64,000 nucleotides of DNA, taken from assembly GCA_044359815.1 (NCBI GenBank), contig JBIKLL010000005.1:1-64000 (forward strand), given 5' to 3'. This document shows positions 49,260-58,867 of this stretch, in pieces. The position numbers and the translations under genes are program-made. Below the pieces are notes generated by a model that saw nothing but the letters and a program-made list of their open reading frames with translations, was not told the origin of the DNA and did not search any database. The DNA comes from Pseudobdellovibrionaceae bacterium. GTDB lineage: Bacteria; Bdellovibrionota; Bdellovibrionia; Bdellovibrionales; Bdellovibrionaceae. Every line of letters starts with the position of its first letter. Within the stretch, counting starts at the first letter, position 1.

Positions 49260-50694
49260 TCTGGCCAGGCTTGGGGATATTTACCTGTCATGGCCAGCTA
49301 TCAGAGCTTTCAGAAGGTTGCATCCTGATGCACAAATTGACATTCTGACTCGCCGACGATTTTCCGGCGCATTGGATGGTTTAACAGCTATCAACAACCG
49401 AATTATTTTGCCCACCGAGGACGTTATGGCCTGTTTGTTGGACACACAGGTTGATATTCCAGAAAGCAAACGCAGACTAAAGCGATTTACAAATTCGATC
49501 CGATCGCAAAATTACACGCATATTTTTAATCTGTCTTTTTCACCGCTTTCCAGCTTTTTGATGCATTCCTTGGCTGGACCAGAAACTGTGATTTCCGGTT
49601 ACACTCGAACCAGCGATGGGTTTTTAGCAATACCTGATGATATTAGCGCATATTTTTATGCACAAGTTGGTATCGGTAGACCTAATCGTTATCATTTGGC
49701 TGAAATCTTTGCGACCCAATTAAAAGTTGATTTGATTCCTGAGGACTGGTCACAGCCTGATCTTGGAGGCGTCGGTTTTGCCGACAAGCCTGCCGATGTG
49801 CTGATCCATGTTGGTGCCAGCGAAGCTAAAAAACAAGTCAGTCCACAGAAAATCAGTTCGATACTGGCGTATTTAGTCAGAAACTCGCAGCTGAGTTTTG
49901 GTTTGATTGGTGCCGCCAACGAGGTTGAAGTCAGCAAATCTATTTTGTCATCAGTGGCCAGCGATCGTATTTCAAATTGGGTAGGTAAAACCAATCTACA
50001 AGAGTTATTTTATTTGATTCAAAACGCAAAGATGCTGGTTGGGGCAGACAGCAGTCCTCAGCATATGGCCAGCTTAACGGGGACTCCTTGTTTCAATTTC
50101 AGTTACCCTTCAGTGAATTTCTGGGAAACTGGTCCACGGGCAAAAGGCTCGGCGATTTATTTGGTTCCAGATTCAGAGCAGATTAACACTCAGTCGGCAG
50201 CCCAGATGATTCTCGAATGTTCAGAAAAGAAATATTCCAACGAATTAATAACAGTCAGGGAAGGATCGCCTGCTTATTTGGCTGAGGGCGATGCTGTTTC
50301 AGAATTTGAATGGCATTTTACCCAGGCTATCTATATGTCAGAAAATTTTCCGATCTTGGAAGATCCCAAATTTTTGTTAGGAATTAACAAGTTTTCTGAA
50401 ATCAACAAACTGGTGATCGAACAACTGCAGGCAGTCAAAAATGGTGTGGCGATTTCAAAACTAACCGAGATTTTCAATCGTGCCGAGGAAATCATTCATT
50501 CCATTGCGATTCTGGAACCCAGCTTGGCAGTCCTGGTTCGGTGGTACCAAACCGAAAAGGTTCGCATAGGACCTGGACCTCAGTCCGAAGTGCTGACTAA
50601 AAGTCTGGAAATACATGAAATGCTTCAGAGTGTGTTGGATCTTTATTTAAACTATGAAGAGGCAAGAAATCCCGTCAAAAAGGAAATATCATGA
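49240..50694 (+). CDS. Glycosyltransferase family 9 protein
   Basis: RLGDI, GKTNL and GADSSPQHMAS motifs. Confidence 0.88.
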   Translation: MKILILNLARLGDIYLSWPAIRAFRRLHPDAQIDILTRRRFSGALDGLTAINNRIILPTEDVMACLLDTQVDIPESKRRLKRFTNSIRSQNYTHIFNLSFSPLSSFLMHSLAGPETVISGYTRTSDGFLAIPDDISAYFYAQVGIGRPNRYHLAEIFATQLKVDLIPEDWSQPDLGGVGFADKPADVLIHVGASEAKKQVSPQKISSILAYLVRNSQLSFGLIGAANEVEVSKSILSSVASDRISNWVGKTNLQELFYLIQNAKMLVGADSSPQHMASLTGTPCFNFSYPSVNFWETGPRAKGSAIYLVPDSEQINTQSAAQMILECSEKKYSNELITVREGSPAYLAEGDAVSEFEWHFTQAIYMSENFPILEDPKFLLGINKFSEINKLVIEQLQAVKNGVAISKLTEIFNRAEEIIHSIAILEPSLAVLVRWYQTEKVRIGPGPQSEVLTKSLEIHEMLQSVLDLYLNYEEARNPVKKEIS

Positions 50695-51338
50695 AGAAGA
50701 TCAAATTTTCCGGACAAACTTTGGTAGAGAAATTTCCCCAGGCAAAAACTTTTGCAGAAGTCATCAATGGACTGGAGTCAGAGTTTTACAAACAGGGTGA
50801 GGTCGTCTGCCGTTTGATCGTCGATGGTCATGACGTCGAGGAAGCTTCTGAATCCAGATTGGGCACATTGCAAACAGATCAGATTCAGACATTGGAAGTG
50901 CAGTTGCAGACTCCTGAAAAACTGATTTTTCTGGTTATCAATAATTGGATCGAAAAATTTCCAAATCTGATAAATTCTACTGAAGCTTTATCAAAACAAA
51001 TAAGATTGACGGGAACTGAGGGCAATCTGCAAAACTTTGTGGATCTGATCGATAACTGTCAGCTGTTAGTGGAAAGTCTGATTTCAATCAGCACCATACT
51101 AAATGAACAGCCTAATCTGTTTGGTGACAAATGGGCGCAGAACGAAAAGAAAATGGCCCTTGCGATTGGTGAAGCTCTGCAGGGATTCGAGAAAAAAGAT
51201 TTCGTGCAATTGGCGGATGTTTTAGAATACGATATTGCTGATTCATTGCAGACGTGGAATGACCTGTTGAAAATGCTTTCAGAAAGTTTAGGACGTGCCG
51301 ATGCAAAATCAAAGTCTGATATCGAAAGCGAGCTTTGA
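50691..51338 (+). CDS. Hypothetical protein of the flagellar glycosylation cluster
   Basis: Coupled ORF ending in a DFVQLADVLEYDI helix. Confidence 0.75.
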   Translation: MKKIKFSGQTLVEKFPQAKTFAEVINGLESEFYKQGEVVCRLIVDGHDVEEASESRLGTLQTDQIQTLEVQLQTPEKLIFLVINNWIEKFPNLINSTEALSKQIRLTGTEGNLQNFVDLIDNCQLLVESLISISTILNEQPNLFGDKWAQNEKKMALAIGEALQGFEKKDFVQLADVLEYDIADSLQTWNDLLKMLSESLGRADAKSKSDIESEL

Positions 51339-53289
51339 TTCCAGAGCTTTTGTTCATCACATTGATCACCTGATTAAAAATTTAAATATCAATGGCGTTG
51401 ATCTGGTATCAATCGATCATATCGAGCCAGGAGTCAGTAGCGTTGTCGTTACAGGAAATCTGCAGAAAACAATAGCGGTTCTGGAGCGCAAGGGTGTAAC
51501 CAAGGATTCAGTATTTATTATTTATCTGACTGAAAGACCCAATCACCAATCGCTCACAGAAGCTTTTGGCAAAAATTCTATTTTCAGAATTATCGAGGCC
51601 AGTCGGCTTCAAAATTATTTGGTGCCCGCGATCATTGAAGCCCTGAATGAATCAAGTCGAAAAAATAATTTTAACAAACTGATCAAAGAATCTCGGGCAC
51701 AAAAAGAACAGCTGGAAACCCTAAACAACAGTCTTGAAATCATCGTAAAAGACAGAACTCAAAACATTGATAAATCCCGCAAAGAAGAGGAAGAAAAGCT
51801 TTCCAGATTGCGAACTGTAACCCGTTTTATTAAAGATCTTTCCACCTTTGAGAGCCTAGAGGAAACATTTTTATACATCAGAAAGGACATCAGAAAAATC
51901 ATTGGACCCTGTGAGCCTTTGCTGTTGTTTTCAGTTTCAAATCATAATTTCACATTGTTAAGTTTTGATTCCAGTTTGATCAGACAGAAAGAATTATCAG
52001 GCCGTCTGCCAGAAATTGAGTTTAAGGGATGGGCCAATGACAAACTGACCATGATGATTGCCAAAACTTTAGGCCGACCTGTGTTGAAGCCGTTTATTGT
52101 TAATTTAGAAATCCCATCTGTTTTGCAATTAGGAAATCCCGGTGCCAAGGCCTATCTGCTGTTGGAATGTGGACAGCTGACCCAGGATAACAAAAACACC
52201 ACCATGGCCATAGAAAACTACATCAACGAAATTCATGAACCTTTGTCGATGATATTTGACAGACTGTTGCTAGAGTCTGAAATCGTAAAATCCAGTTTCA
52301 GGTGGGAGCAAACTTTTGATAATTTAAAAGATCCCATTGCCATAGTCGATATAGAACACAACGTGATCAGATCTAACAGAATGTTCTCGACTGCAGAAAC
52401 GGGCGGAAAATGCTTTAATGTTTTTTTTGATCGCAACAGTCCCTGCGATAATTGTCCCATATCTCAGTCACAGGGTTTATCATTAGCAAAAATTGAAAAT
52501 AACGAGAAAACCTACCAGTTGCGGTCTTATCCCATTGTCCTGAGTCCCACTGAAAGGCCGACTAATTTTGTGCATCAGTATATCGATGAAACTAAATCCA
52601 GAGAGCTTTATTTGAAGCTGGTTCAAAATGAAAAACTAGGTGCCATCGGATTGTTGGCGGGAAATCTGGCCCACGAACTGAACAATCCTTTGACCGGAAT
52701 TTATTCGCTGGCGCAAATTTTGAAGTCCGAAGCCAATGATGAAACTTTGAAAAAAGATCTGCAGGACATTCAAAACGCCACGCGCAGATCGCAGTTAATC
52801 ATTCAAAATTTGCTGGAATTTTCGACCCACGATACCAGTCGTATTTCATCAATCACTGTGGATGATGTTGTGAATAAAACAGTGGTGTTTTTAAAAATGG
52901 CATTGCGCCAACACAATTATCGATTGGATCTTAATAATACAAAATTAAAAATCAAAGTCGACCCATTGATGTTCAGTCAGGTTGTTTTTAATTTGATCAA
53001 CAATGCTTGCCAAGCCATGAAATCCAAGGGCGATTTGGTGATCAGAACTTATGAACAAAATCAAAAAGTGTTTTTTGAGGTTCAAGACAGCGGCGAGGGG
53101 ATTCCCGAGCAGAACTTGAGCAAAATATTTGAACCCTTTTTCACCACCAAAAAAGAAGGCGCTGGCACAGGATTGGGTCTGTCATTATCCAAAAAAGTCA
53201 TCGAGGAATTTGGCGGCAAAATTTATGTTGAGTCTATTTTGTCACAAGGCTCCAAGTTCACTGTGGAAATGGATGGCACTGATGATTAA
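51295..53289 (+). CDS. Cytoplasmic PAS sensor histidine kinase
   Basis: EKLGAIGLLAGNLAHELNNP H-box; NLINNA, DSGEGI, FEPFFTTK and GTGLGL motifs. Confidence 0.92.
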   Translation: MPMQNQSLISKASFDSRAFVHHIDHLIKNLNINGVDLVSIDHIEPGVSSVVVTGNLQKTIAVLERKGVTKDSVFIIYLTERPNHQSLTEAFGKNSIFRIIEASRLQNYLVPAIIEALNESSRKNNFNKLIKESRAQKEQLETLNNSLEIIVKDRTQNIDKSRKEEEEKLSRLRTVTRFIKDLSTFESLEETFLYIRKDIRKIIGPCEPLLLFSVSNHNFTLLSFDSSLIRQKELSGRLPEIEFKGWANDKLTMMIAKTLGRPVLKPFIVNLEIPSVLQLGNPGAKAYLLLECGQLTQDNKNTTMAIENYINEIHEPLSMIFDRLLLESEIVKSSFRWEQTFDNLKDPIAIVDIEHNVIRSNRMFSTAETGGKCFNVFFDRNSPCDNCPISQSQGLSLAKIENNEKTYQLRSYPIVLSPTERPTNFVHQYIDETKSRELYLKLVQNEKLGAIGLLAGNLAHELNNPLTGIYSLAQILKSEANDETLKKDLQDIQNATRRSQLIIQNLLEFSTHDTSRISSITVDDVVNKTVVFLKMALRQHNYRLDLNNTKLKIKVDPLMFSQVVFNLINNACQAMKSKGDLVIRTYEQNQKVFFEVQDSGEGIPEQNLSKIFEPFFTTKKEGAGTGLGLSLSKKVIEEFGGKIYVESILSQGSKFTVEMDGTDD

Positions 53290-53659
53290 AAAGGTTTTGA
53301 TTGTTGATGATGAGCCCTTGATCAGACGCAGTTTAATCAGAGCTGGAAAAGGCAAAAACATTCATTTTATAGAAGCTGAAGATGGCTCCAAAGGCTTAGA
53401 GCTTTGGATAGAACAAAATCCAGATTTAGTGATTGTTGATGTTTTAATGCCAGGTCTTAGCGGACCCGAATTGTTAAGGACCATTGATCCCGAAGTTAAA
53501 AAGAAATCCAAAATAGCATTGATGTCGGCCTACACTGGGGATTTTAATGAGGACTTTGTTAAAACACTAGGGGCTGATATGTTTATCGCAAAACCCTTTG
53601 AGGATATTTTTAAAACTCTTGATAGTGTCCTCCAGCTGATCGGGGAATCCTCCACCTGA
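53282..53659 (+). CDS. Single-domain response regulator
   Basis: LIVDDE, DVLMPG, MSA and KPF motifs; start refined to MIKK. Confidence 0.92.
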   Translation: MIKKVLIVDDEPLIRRSLIRAGKGKNIHFIEAEDGSKGLELWIEQNPDLVIVDVLMPGLSGPELLRTIDPEVKKKSKIALMSAYTGDFNEDFVKTLGADMFIAKPFEDIFKTLDSVLQLIGESST

Positions 53660-54347
53660 TCCTGGCTGAAAGCTTGATCATTCCCCACAGCATTTTAATC
53701 CCGTCTTTTACAACTCGTACATTACTGGGGCCAATTTCCTCGTGCAGGATAACGGGAACTTCCACATACCTGCCGCCGGATTTCATGTGGTGGGTTACTA
53801 GCTCCAGTGAAATCAAATAGTCATCATGATTGCAGTCGGTGGCCAGTGTCTGAGCCAGGTCTGTTTTGATAATCAGTGTTCCCTGCGAATCACCAGGAAA
53901 CTTGAAGCCCAATATTATTTTACGTAGCAGCTTAAAAATGGTTGTGGCCATTAAGCGGTTTTTAGGTCTGTCCATGGCTTTTGATAGGGGATGGGCTTTT
54001 GATCCTAGAACAAATGTTGGAGAGTCCTTGATCTTCAAAAAATTTTCGACGTCTGACCACCCAAAAGGTATGTCGCTGTGTGAAAGCACCACATATTGTT
54101 GGGTGGCATTTTTAATGCCCAGTTTATACCCAGCACCCAAGCCCTTTGAATCCGTATGCAGTAATTTTGCTTTATTTAGATTCCATCTTTCCAGTGCCAG
54201 TTTTATTTCATCGGTCATGGGCGGACCGTTATGGCAAAGCAGAATTTCGCTGACGGGCAAATGCTCGCTGCTGTACTGGATGAACGAAAGGGTCCAGCGC
54301 AGCCTTTGGTAGTCGCCATTGTGAAAGGGTATTAATAGGGTAAACAC
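53610..54347 (-). CDS. Glycosyltransferase family 2 protein
   Basis: LIPFHN, GLGAGYKLG, HSD and DSQG (DPM-synthase-like) motifs. Confidence 0.85.
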   Translation of the reverse strand: MFTLLIPFHNGDYQRLRWTLSFIQYSSEHLPVSEILLCHNGPPMTDEIKLALERWNLNKAKLLHTDSKGLGAGYKLGIKNATQQYVVLSHSDIPFGWSDVENFLKIKDSPTFVLGSKAHPLSKAMDRPKNRLMATTIFKLLRKIILGFKFPGDSQGTLIIKTDLAQTLATDCNHDDYLISLELVTHHMKSGGRYVEVPVILHEEIGPSNVRVVKDGIKMLWGMIKLSARIRWRIPRSAGGHYQEF

Positions 54348-54416
54348 TAAAATTAACTTTATCAGTTATAAAATCCAGAGACAAATTCTATTGATTGTGA
54401 TTAAAATGATAGTCAG

Positions 54417-54908
54417 ATGACTGGACAGAAGCCTAATAAACCTGCAGCTAAATCAGTAGCTAATACTTCAGCGGACAAAAGCAGTTCTGCAAACAAAGTT
54501 CATCACGTCGAGGAACGCATCGTTCGCAGCAAAGATGGAACTGTGATTAAAGAAGTCATAAAAAAGATTTCGCCCTATCCAATTCCCGTAAATATAACCA
54601 TGGATAACCATCCTGTTTTTGCAGCTAATATTGTTCGTTTAGAACCCATTGGATTTATCATGAGATTCGAAGCCCCGCATTTTTTTAAAGTTGGGGAATT
54701 TGGTGATGTGATTTTTAATTTACCAGTGGTGCAAAGGGGAGTGACTTCCAGGGCTCGAGTGATTAAAACCTATGACGGAATGGAAATCATGGTGGCTGGT
54801 AAACTGACTAAGACCTACACCGTAGAAATTCATTTTGTCGATTTAGGCCGTGATGAGCGCACTATAATTAATAAATTTCTTGAAAAAATCGGGCAGAAAT
54901 TACCTTGA
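54417..54908 (+). CDS. Hypothetical protein, degenerate PilZ-like barrel
   Basis: C-terminal VEIHFVDL...R..I..F pattern; lacks the canonical RxxxR. Confidence 0.55.
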   Translation: MTGQKPNKPAAKSVANTSADKSSSANKVHHVEERIVRSKDGTVIKEVIKKISPYPIPVNITMDNHPVFAANIVRLEPIGFIMRFEAPHFFKVGEFGDVIFNLPVVQRGVTSRARVIKTYDGMEIMVAGKLTKTYTVEIHFVDLGRDERTIINKFLEKIGQKLP

Positions 54909-55456
54909 GAATAATTGCTGGTAAATACGGGGGGCTGCATTTGTTGTCTTTTGATAACAAGCACATCAGGCCAACCACTGACCGTGAAAAAGAAAGCATT
55001 TTTAATATTTTGCAAAACCACATAGATTCAGCCCGTGTATTAGATTTGTTTTCTGGCACTGGAAGCCTGGGATTAGAGGCCCTGTCACGGGGGGCCGCCT
55101 TTGTTCAGTTTGTGGACTTTCATGTGCAATCAATAAAGCTCATTAAGGACAATATTAAAAAACTCAAAATATCTGAGGATCATCAGGTCCTAAAAGCTGA
55201 TGTGATCAAATTTCTAAAAGCTTACGAGGGGCCAGCTTTTGAAATAATCCTGATCGATCCACCCTTTACGAAAACCATGGCTCAGGAAGTCATGATGGGA
55301 TTAAAAGATTCAAAAGTTCACACCGAGGGAACCCTGGTGTGTATCGAGACTGGAAAAAGCGAAAAACTTGATTCTGAATATGGCTTTTTAAAGACCAAAA
55401 GTGTAAAAACCTTTAAGGACAAGCATCTGTATATTTTTGTTCACCAAAACGTGTGA
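54905..55456 (+). CDS. rsmD: 16S rRNA m2G966 methyltransferase
   Basis: MRIIAG, RPTTDR.KESIFN, LDLFSGTGSLGLEALSRGA and DPPF motifs. Confidence 0.95.
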   Translation: MRIIAGKYGGLHLLSFDNKHIRPTTDREKESIFNILQNHIDSARVLDLFSGTGSLGLEALSRGAAFVQFVDFHVQSIKLIKDNIKKLKISEDHQVLKADVIKFLKAYEGPAFEIILIDPPFTKTMAQEVMMGLKDSKVHTEGTLVCIETGKSEKLDSEYGFLKTKSVKTFKDKHLYIFVHQNV

Positions 55457-55514
55457 ACAAAAGCTGAGTCTGCTCTGGGATGCACAGGCAACAATTGAAT
55501 TGGGAATCTAAATC

Positions 55515-56009
55515 ATGAAACACAAAATCGCTGTTTATCCTGGAAGTTTTGATCCACTTCACAATGGACATTTGGACGTTATCAAAAGAGCCAGTGTGAT
55601 TTTTGATAAAGTTGTGGTTTTAGTTTCGATGAATCCAGACAAAAAATATTTTTTTAGTGCAGCCGATAGAAAAAAACTGATCGAAGAGTCCTTGGGTTCT
55701 GTGAAAAATGTTGAGGTTCAAACTTTCAATGGATTGACAGTCAATTATCTGAAATCCATTGGATCCAAAATCATCGTGCGTGGGCTTCGGGCTATGGCTG
55801 ATTTTGAGTTTGAAATGTCGATGGCACATCTGAACAAAAAACTAGATGCAGATGTGGAAACCTTATTAATTTTTTCAGATCCAGAGCATTATTTTATTTC
55901 TTCCAGAGGGGTCAGGGAAATCGCCCAGCATAACGGAGATCTGACCGAATTAGTGCCCAAAAATGTTGCCACTGCATTTAAGAAATCTAAAAAACGAGGT
56001 TCAAAATGA
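55515..56009 (+). CDS. coaD: Pantetheine-phosphate adenylyltransferase
   Basis: YPGSFDPLHNGH, RGLRA..DFEFE and ISS motifs. Confidence 0.97.
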   Translation: MKHKIAVYPGSFDPLHNGHLDVIKRASVIFDKVVVLVSMNPDKKYFFSAADRKKLIEESLGSVKNVEVQTFNGLTVNYLKSIGSKIIVRGLRAMADFEFEMSMAHLNKKLDADVETLLIFSDPEHYFISSRGVREIAQHNGDLTELVPKNVATAFKKSKKRGSK

Positions 56010-57205
56010 AATTTTCAAAACGCACTCAGTTGTTAAAACCTTCGCCGACTTTGGCTTTAGCTAATTTAGCCAGAGAGCTGGCAGCTAAAGGCAACGATGT
56101 TGTTTCATTGACCGTCGGTGAACCTGATTGGGCGACTTTTCCAGCCATAAAATCCGCAGCTATCGAGGCCATTCAAAAAGATTTTACTAAATACACTGCC
56201 AGCAATGGGATCATCGAACTGCGTGAAGCCATCGCAAACAATCTGAGCAAAGAAATTGGGATTACCTATAAACCAAATCAAATCGCAGTGGGCACCGGGG
56301 CAAAGTACATTATCTATGCTTTACTGCAGTTGCTGATTGATGATGGAGATGAAGTTTTAATCCCTGCTCCTTATTGGGTAAGCTATCCAACAATGGTTGA
56401 GCTAGCGGGCGGAGTTCCCAAGATTATTGAATGTGGTGAGGTCGAAAATTTCAAACTGACTGCGGCTAAATTAAAGTCAGCGATTAGTTCAAAAACCAAG
56501 GCCTTGATTTTATGCAGTCCCAGCAATCCGACGGGGCTTAGTTACACCAAACAAGAACTGACTGAATTAGTCTCAATTTTTAAAGAGAATCCTAATTTGA
56601 TTGTGTTGTCAGATGACATTTACAACAGATTGGTGTTTTCGACTGAATTTGTAGCGCCTCATATTTTGCAAATCGCTCCTGAATTGCAGGGGCAAGTGAT
56701 TCCGATTAACGGAGCTTCAAAATCCATGTCCATGACTGGCTGGAGGGTAGGTTGGGCGGCGGGTCCTGCTGATCTGATGCAATTGATGAATGATTTTTTA
56801 AGTCAATCGACCTCAAATTTATCCAGCATTTCACAAAAAGCCACTTTGGCGGGATTGCAAAAATGCGAACCCGACATGAAGTTGGCCCGTGAAAAGCTGA
56901 TTGAGCGAAAAACATTAGGAATGAATTCTTTTGAAAAGCTAAAATATTTTAAAGCCTACGAACCACAAGGTGCTTTTTATTTTTGGGTGAACGTAAAGGG
57001 AACCTTTGGTAAATCATTTAAGGGCGAAAACATTCAGTCCTCGTCCCAGGTTGCAAAAATGCTGCTGAATCATTTTTTTGTAGCAACAGTCCCTGGAGAA
57101 GAGTTCGGAAGCCCTGGACATCTGCGAATGAGTTTTGCCACATCAGACGCCAACATGAAAAAGGCCTTTGATCGATTCAAAGATTTCGAAACTCAACTGA
57201 CATAA
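56006..57205 (+). CDS. aspC: PLP-dependent class I/II (aspartate) aminotransferase
   Basis: GEPD, PSNPTG, SDDIY and SKSMSMTGWRVG motifs. Confidence 0.92.
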   Translation: MKFSKRTQLLKPSPTLALANLARELAAKGNDVVSLTVGEPDWATFPAIKSAAIEAIQKDFTKYTASNGIIELREAIANNLSKEIGITYKPNQIAVGTGAKYIIYALLQLLIDDGDEVLIPAPYWVSYPTMVELAGGVPKIIECGEVENFKLTAAKLKSAISSKTKALILCSPSNPTGLSYTKQELTELVSIFKENPNLIVLSDDIYNRLVFSTEFVAPHILQIAPELQGQVIPINGASKSMSMTGWRVGWAAGPADLMQLMNDFLSQSTSNLSSISQKATLAGLQKCEPDMKLAREKLIERKTLGMNSFEKLKYFKAYEPQGAFYFWVNVKGTFGKSFKGENIQSSSQVAKMLLNHFFVATVPGEEFGSPGHLRMSFATSDANMKKAFDRFKDFETQLT

Positions 57206-57215
57206 AAATAAGCCT

Positions 57216-57691
57216 GACCCATTATTTGTATTTTTAAAATACTTCGATGATTTTACACCTTGAGAATACATTTGCGAGCGCGACGGTTAATTTACCGCCG
57301 CATATCTGGTGTTGTGTCATAATGTGAAAGCGCAATTTTTATTGAATCTGAATTAGTTTTCTGAAACCAGATTTTGCATTTTCAAATTTTTCTTTATTTT
57401 ATACCTTTTGAATACTTGCTAACGGCCGCAAGCTCATCTCTCGTATTGTGTCATGCCGCCATTGCTGCATGACACAACACCAGATATGCCATGCGCGCTC
57501 GCAAATGTATTCAAAAGGTATAAAATAAAGAAAAATTTGAAAATACAAAATCTGGTTTCAGAAAACTAACCTTAGATTGATTAACTGCTTTTAAGTTTAT
57601 GACTCAATACGAGAGATGAGCTTGCGGCCGTTAGCAAGTATTCACAAGGTGTAAAATCATCGAAGTATTTTTAAAATACAAATAATGGGTC
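57216..57691. repeat. Family A element A2 with an inverted family A copy (~57353..57569) nested in its loop
   Basis: Order: arm, core-L, [arm, core-R rc, hairpin, core-L rc, arm], core-R, arm. Confidence 0.92.
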
Positions 57692-57806
57692 TAGCTTAAA
57701 AATTTTTCAGCAGTTTTCGAATCTTTACTCATACCAAAGTCCAAAGAGTCTCGGTTGGCGATCTGAATTATTGTGATGTCCAGTGCCCATTAGATAGAAT
57801 GTCAGT

Positions 57807-58628
57807 ATGACGGCATGGATACTGTTTCAGATTTTATTGAACTTGATGGTTTTAACTTTTGTTTCTGTCCTGTGGTTCAGATCGCTGCGACCTAGCAAGG
57901 ACGATCCCCGTATGAGTCGGGGACTGCAATTGTTGCAATCAAAAATTGCTGTGCTGGAGGATCTGATTGATCGCACAGACAATCAGGGTCAGACATTGTT
58001 ATCCATGATGGAAACAAAAACTGCCGAGCTGAAAATCAGAATCAAAGAAGCCGAAGAAGAATTGAAAAACATCGAAGAATCTCGTAAAAAAAGCTTGGAA
58101 GTCGCCAAAATATTTCAGGACAAAGTTCCTCACGATGATATTTTGCAGATGCAGAAGTCACAAAAATACGTCAAGGCCGCCAAAATGGCTAATGCCGGAA
58201 TCGATATAAAAGAAATCGCAAGACAGGTTGATTTATCATTGGGCGAGCTGGAATTTATTTCCAAGGTTAATCAGGATGAATTGCAGTTTTCAGATCAAGA
58301 TTTACCAGGCTGGATTGAAGATTCAGCTGTTGTTAAAACTAATGAAATTCAAAACTCCACGCCGGCTGTTAATAGATCTGTGCACAAAACTGATTCGCAA
58401 AAACTGGAGGATTTGGGAAACAAATTCAGACAGGTTATGGCATCAGGAAATACAGCGATAATGGGTGCATCTAGTAGTGTTTCACCAGTTCCTAATACCG
58501 GAATGGGATCTGCGACTGTTGTAAAAAGTAATTTTGGTAATCCGTCCGCAGCTGTTAAGCAACCTGTTAATGAACCTGGCCAGATCAAACGGGTGGTCTT
58601 TCCAAAAATCCAATCAGGGTCTTTTTAG
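57807..58628 (+). CDS. Membrane-anchored coiled-coil/HTH protein (DUF2802-like)
   Basis: N-terminal TM; Y..A..MA..G....EIA....LS.GELE motif. Confidence 0.75.
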   Translation: MTAWILFQILLNLMVLTFVSVLWFRSLRPSKDDPRMSRGLQLLQSKIAVLEDLIDRTDNQGQTLLSMMETKTAELKIRIKEAEEELKNIEESRKKSLEVAKIFQDKVPHDDILQMQKSQKYVKAAKMANAGIDIKEIARQVDLSLGELEFISKVNQDELQFSDQDLPGWIEDSAVVKTNEIQNSTPAVNRSVHKTDSQKLEDLGNKFRQVMASGNTAIMGASSSVSPVPNTGMGSATVVKSNFGNPSAAVKQPVNEPGQIKRVVFPKIQSGSF

Positions 58629-58630
58629 TC

Positions 58631-58867
58631 ATGAAGAACTTAGCTTTAGAAAAGGGACAAACAGTCTTGGCAAAGGTCATCGAAAAAGTTTCTGATGGCG
58701 TTTTGATTGTCAGCATTTACGGAAATCTGATCAGGGTCGTTAATGAATCTAATAATCCGATTCAGATCAATCAGGTCATTCAGTTAACAGTGACTCACCA
58801 AGATCCGTTGCAATTTAAAATCGAAAATTTCAGTAAATCAACCAGATCCAGTGACTTGTATATCTAG
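58631..58867 (+). CDS. Small OB-fold-like hypothetical protein
   Basis: Coupled 78-aa ORF; GQTVLAKVIE...LIVSI.G beta pattern. Confidence 0.65.
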   Translation: MKNLALEKGQTVLAKVIEKVSDGVLIVSIYGNLIRVVNESNNPIQINQVIQLTVTHQDPLQFKIENFSKSTRSSDLYI

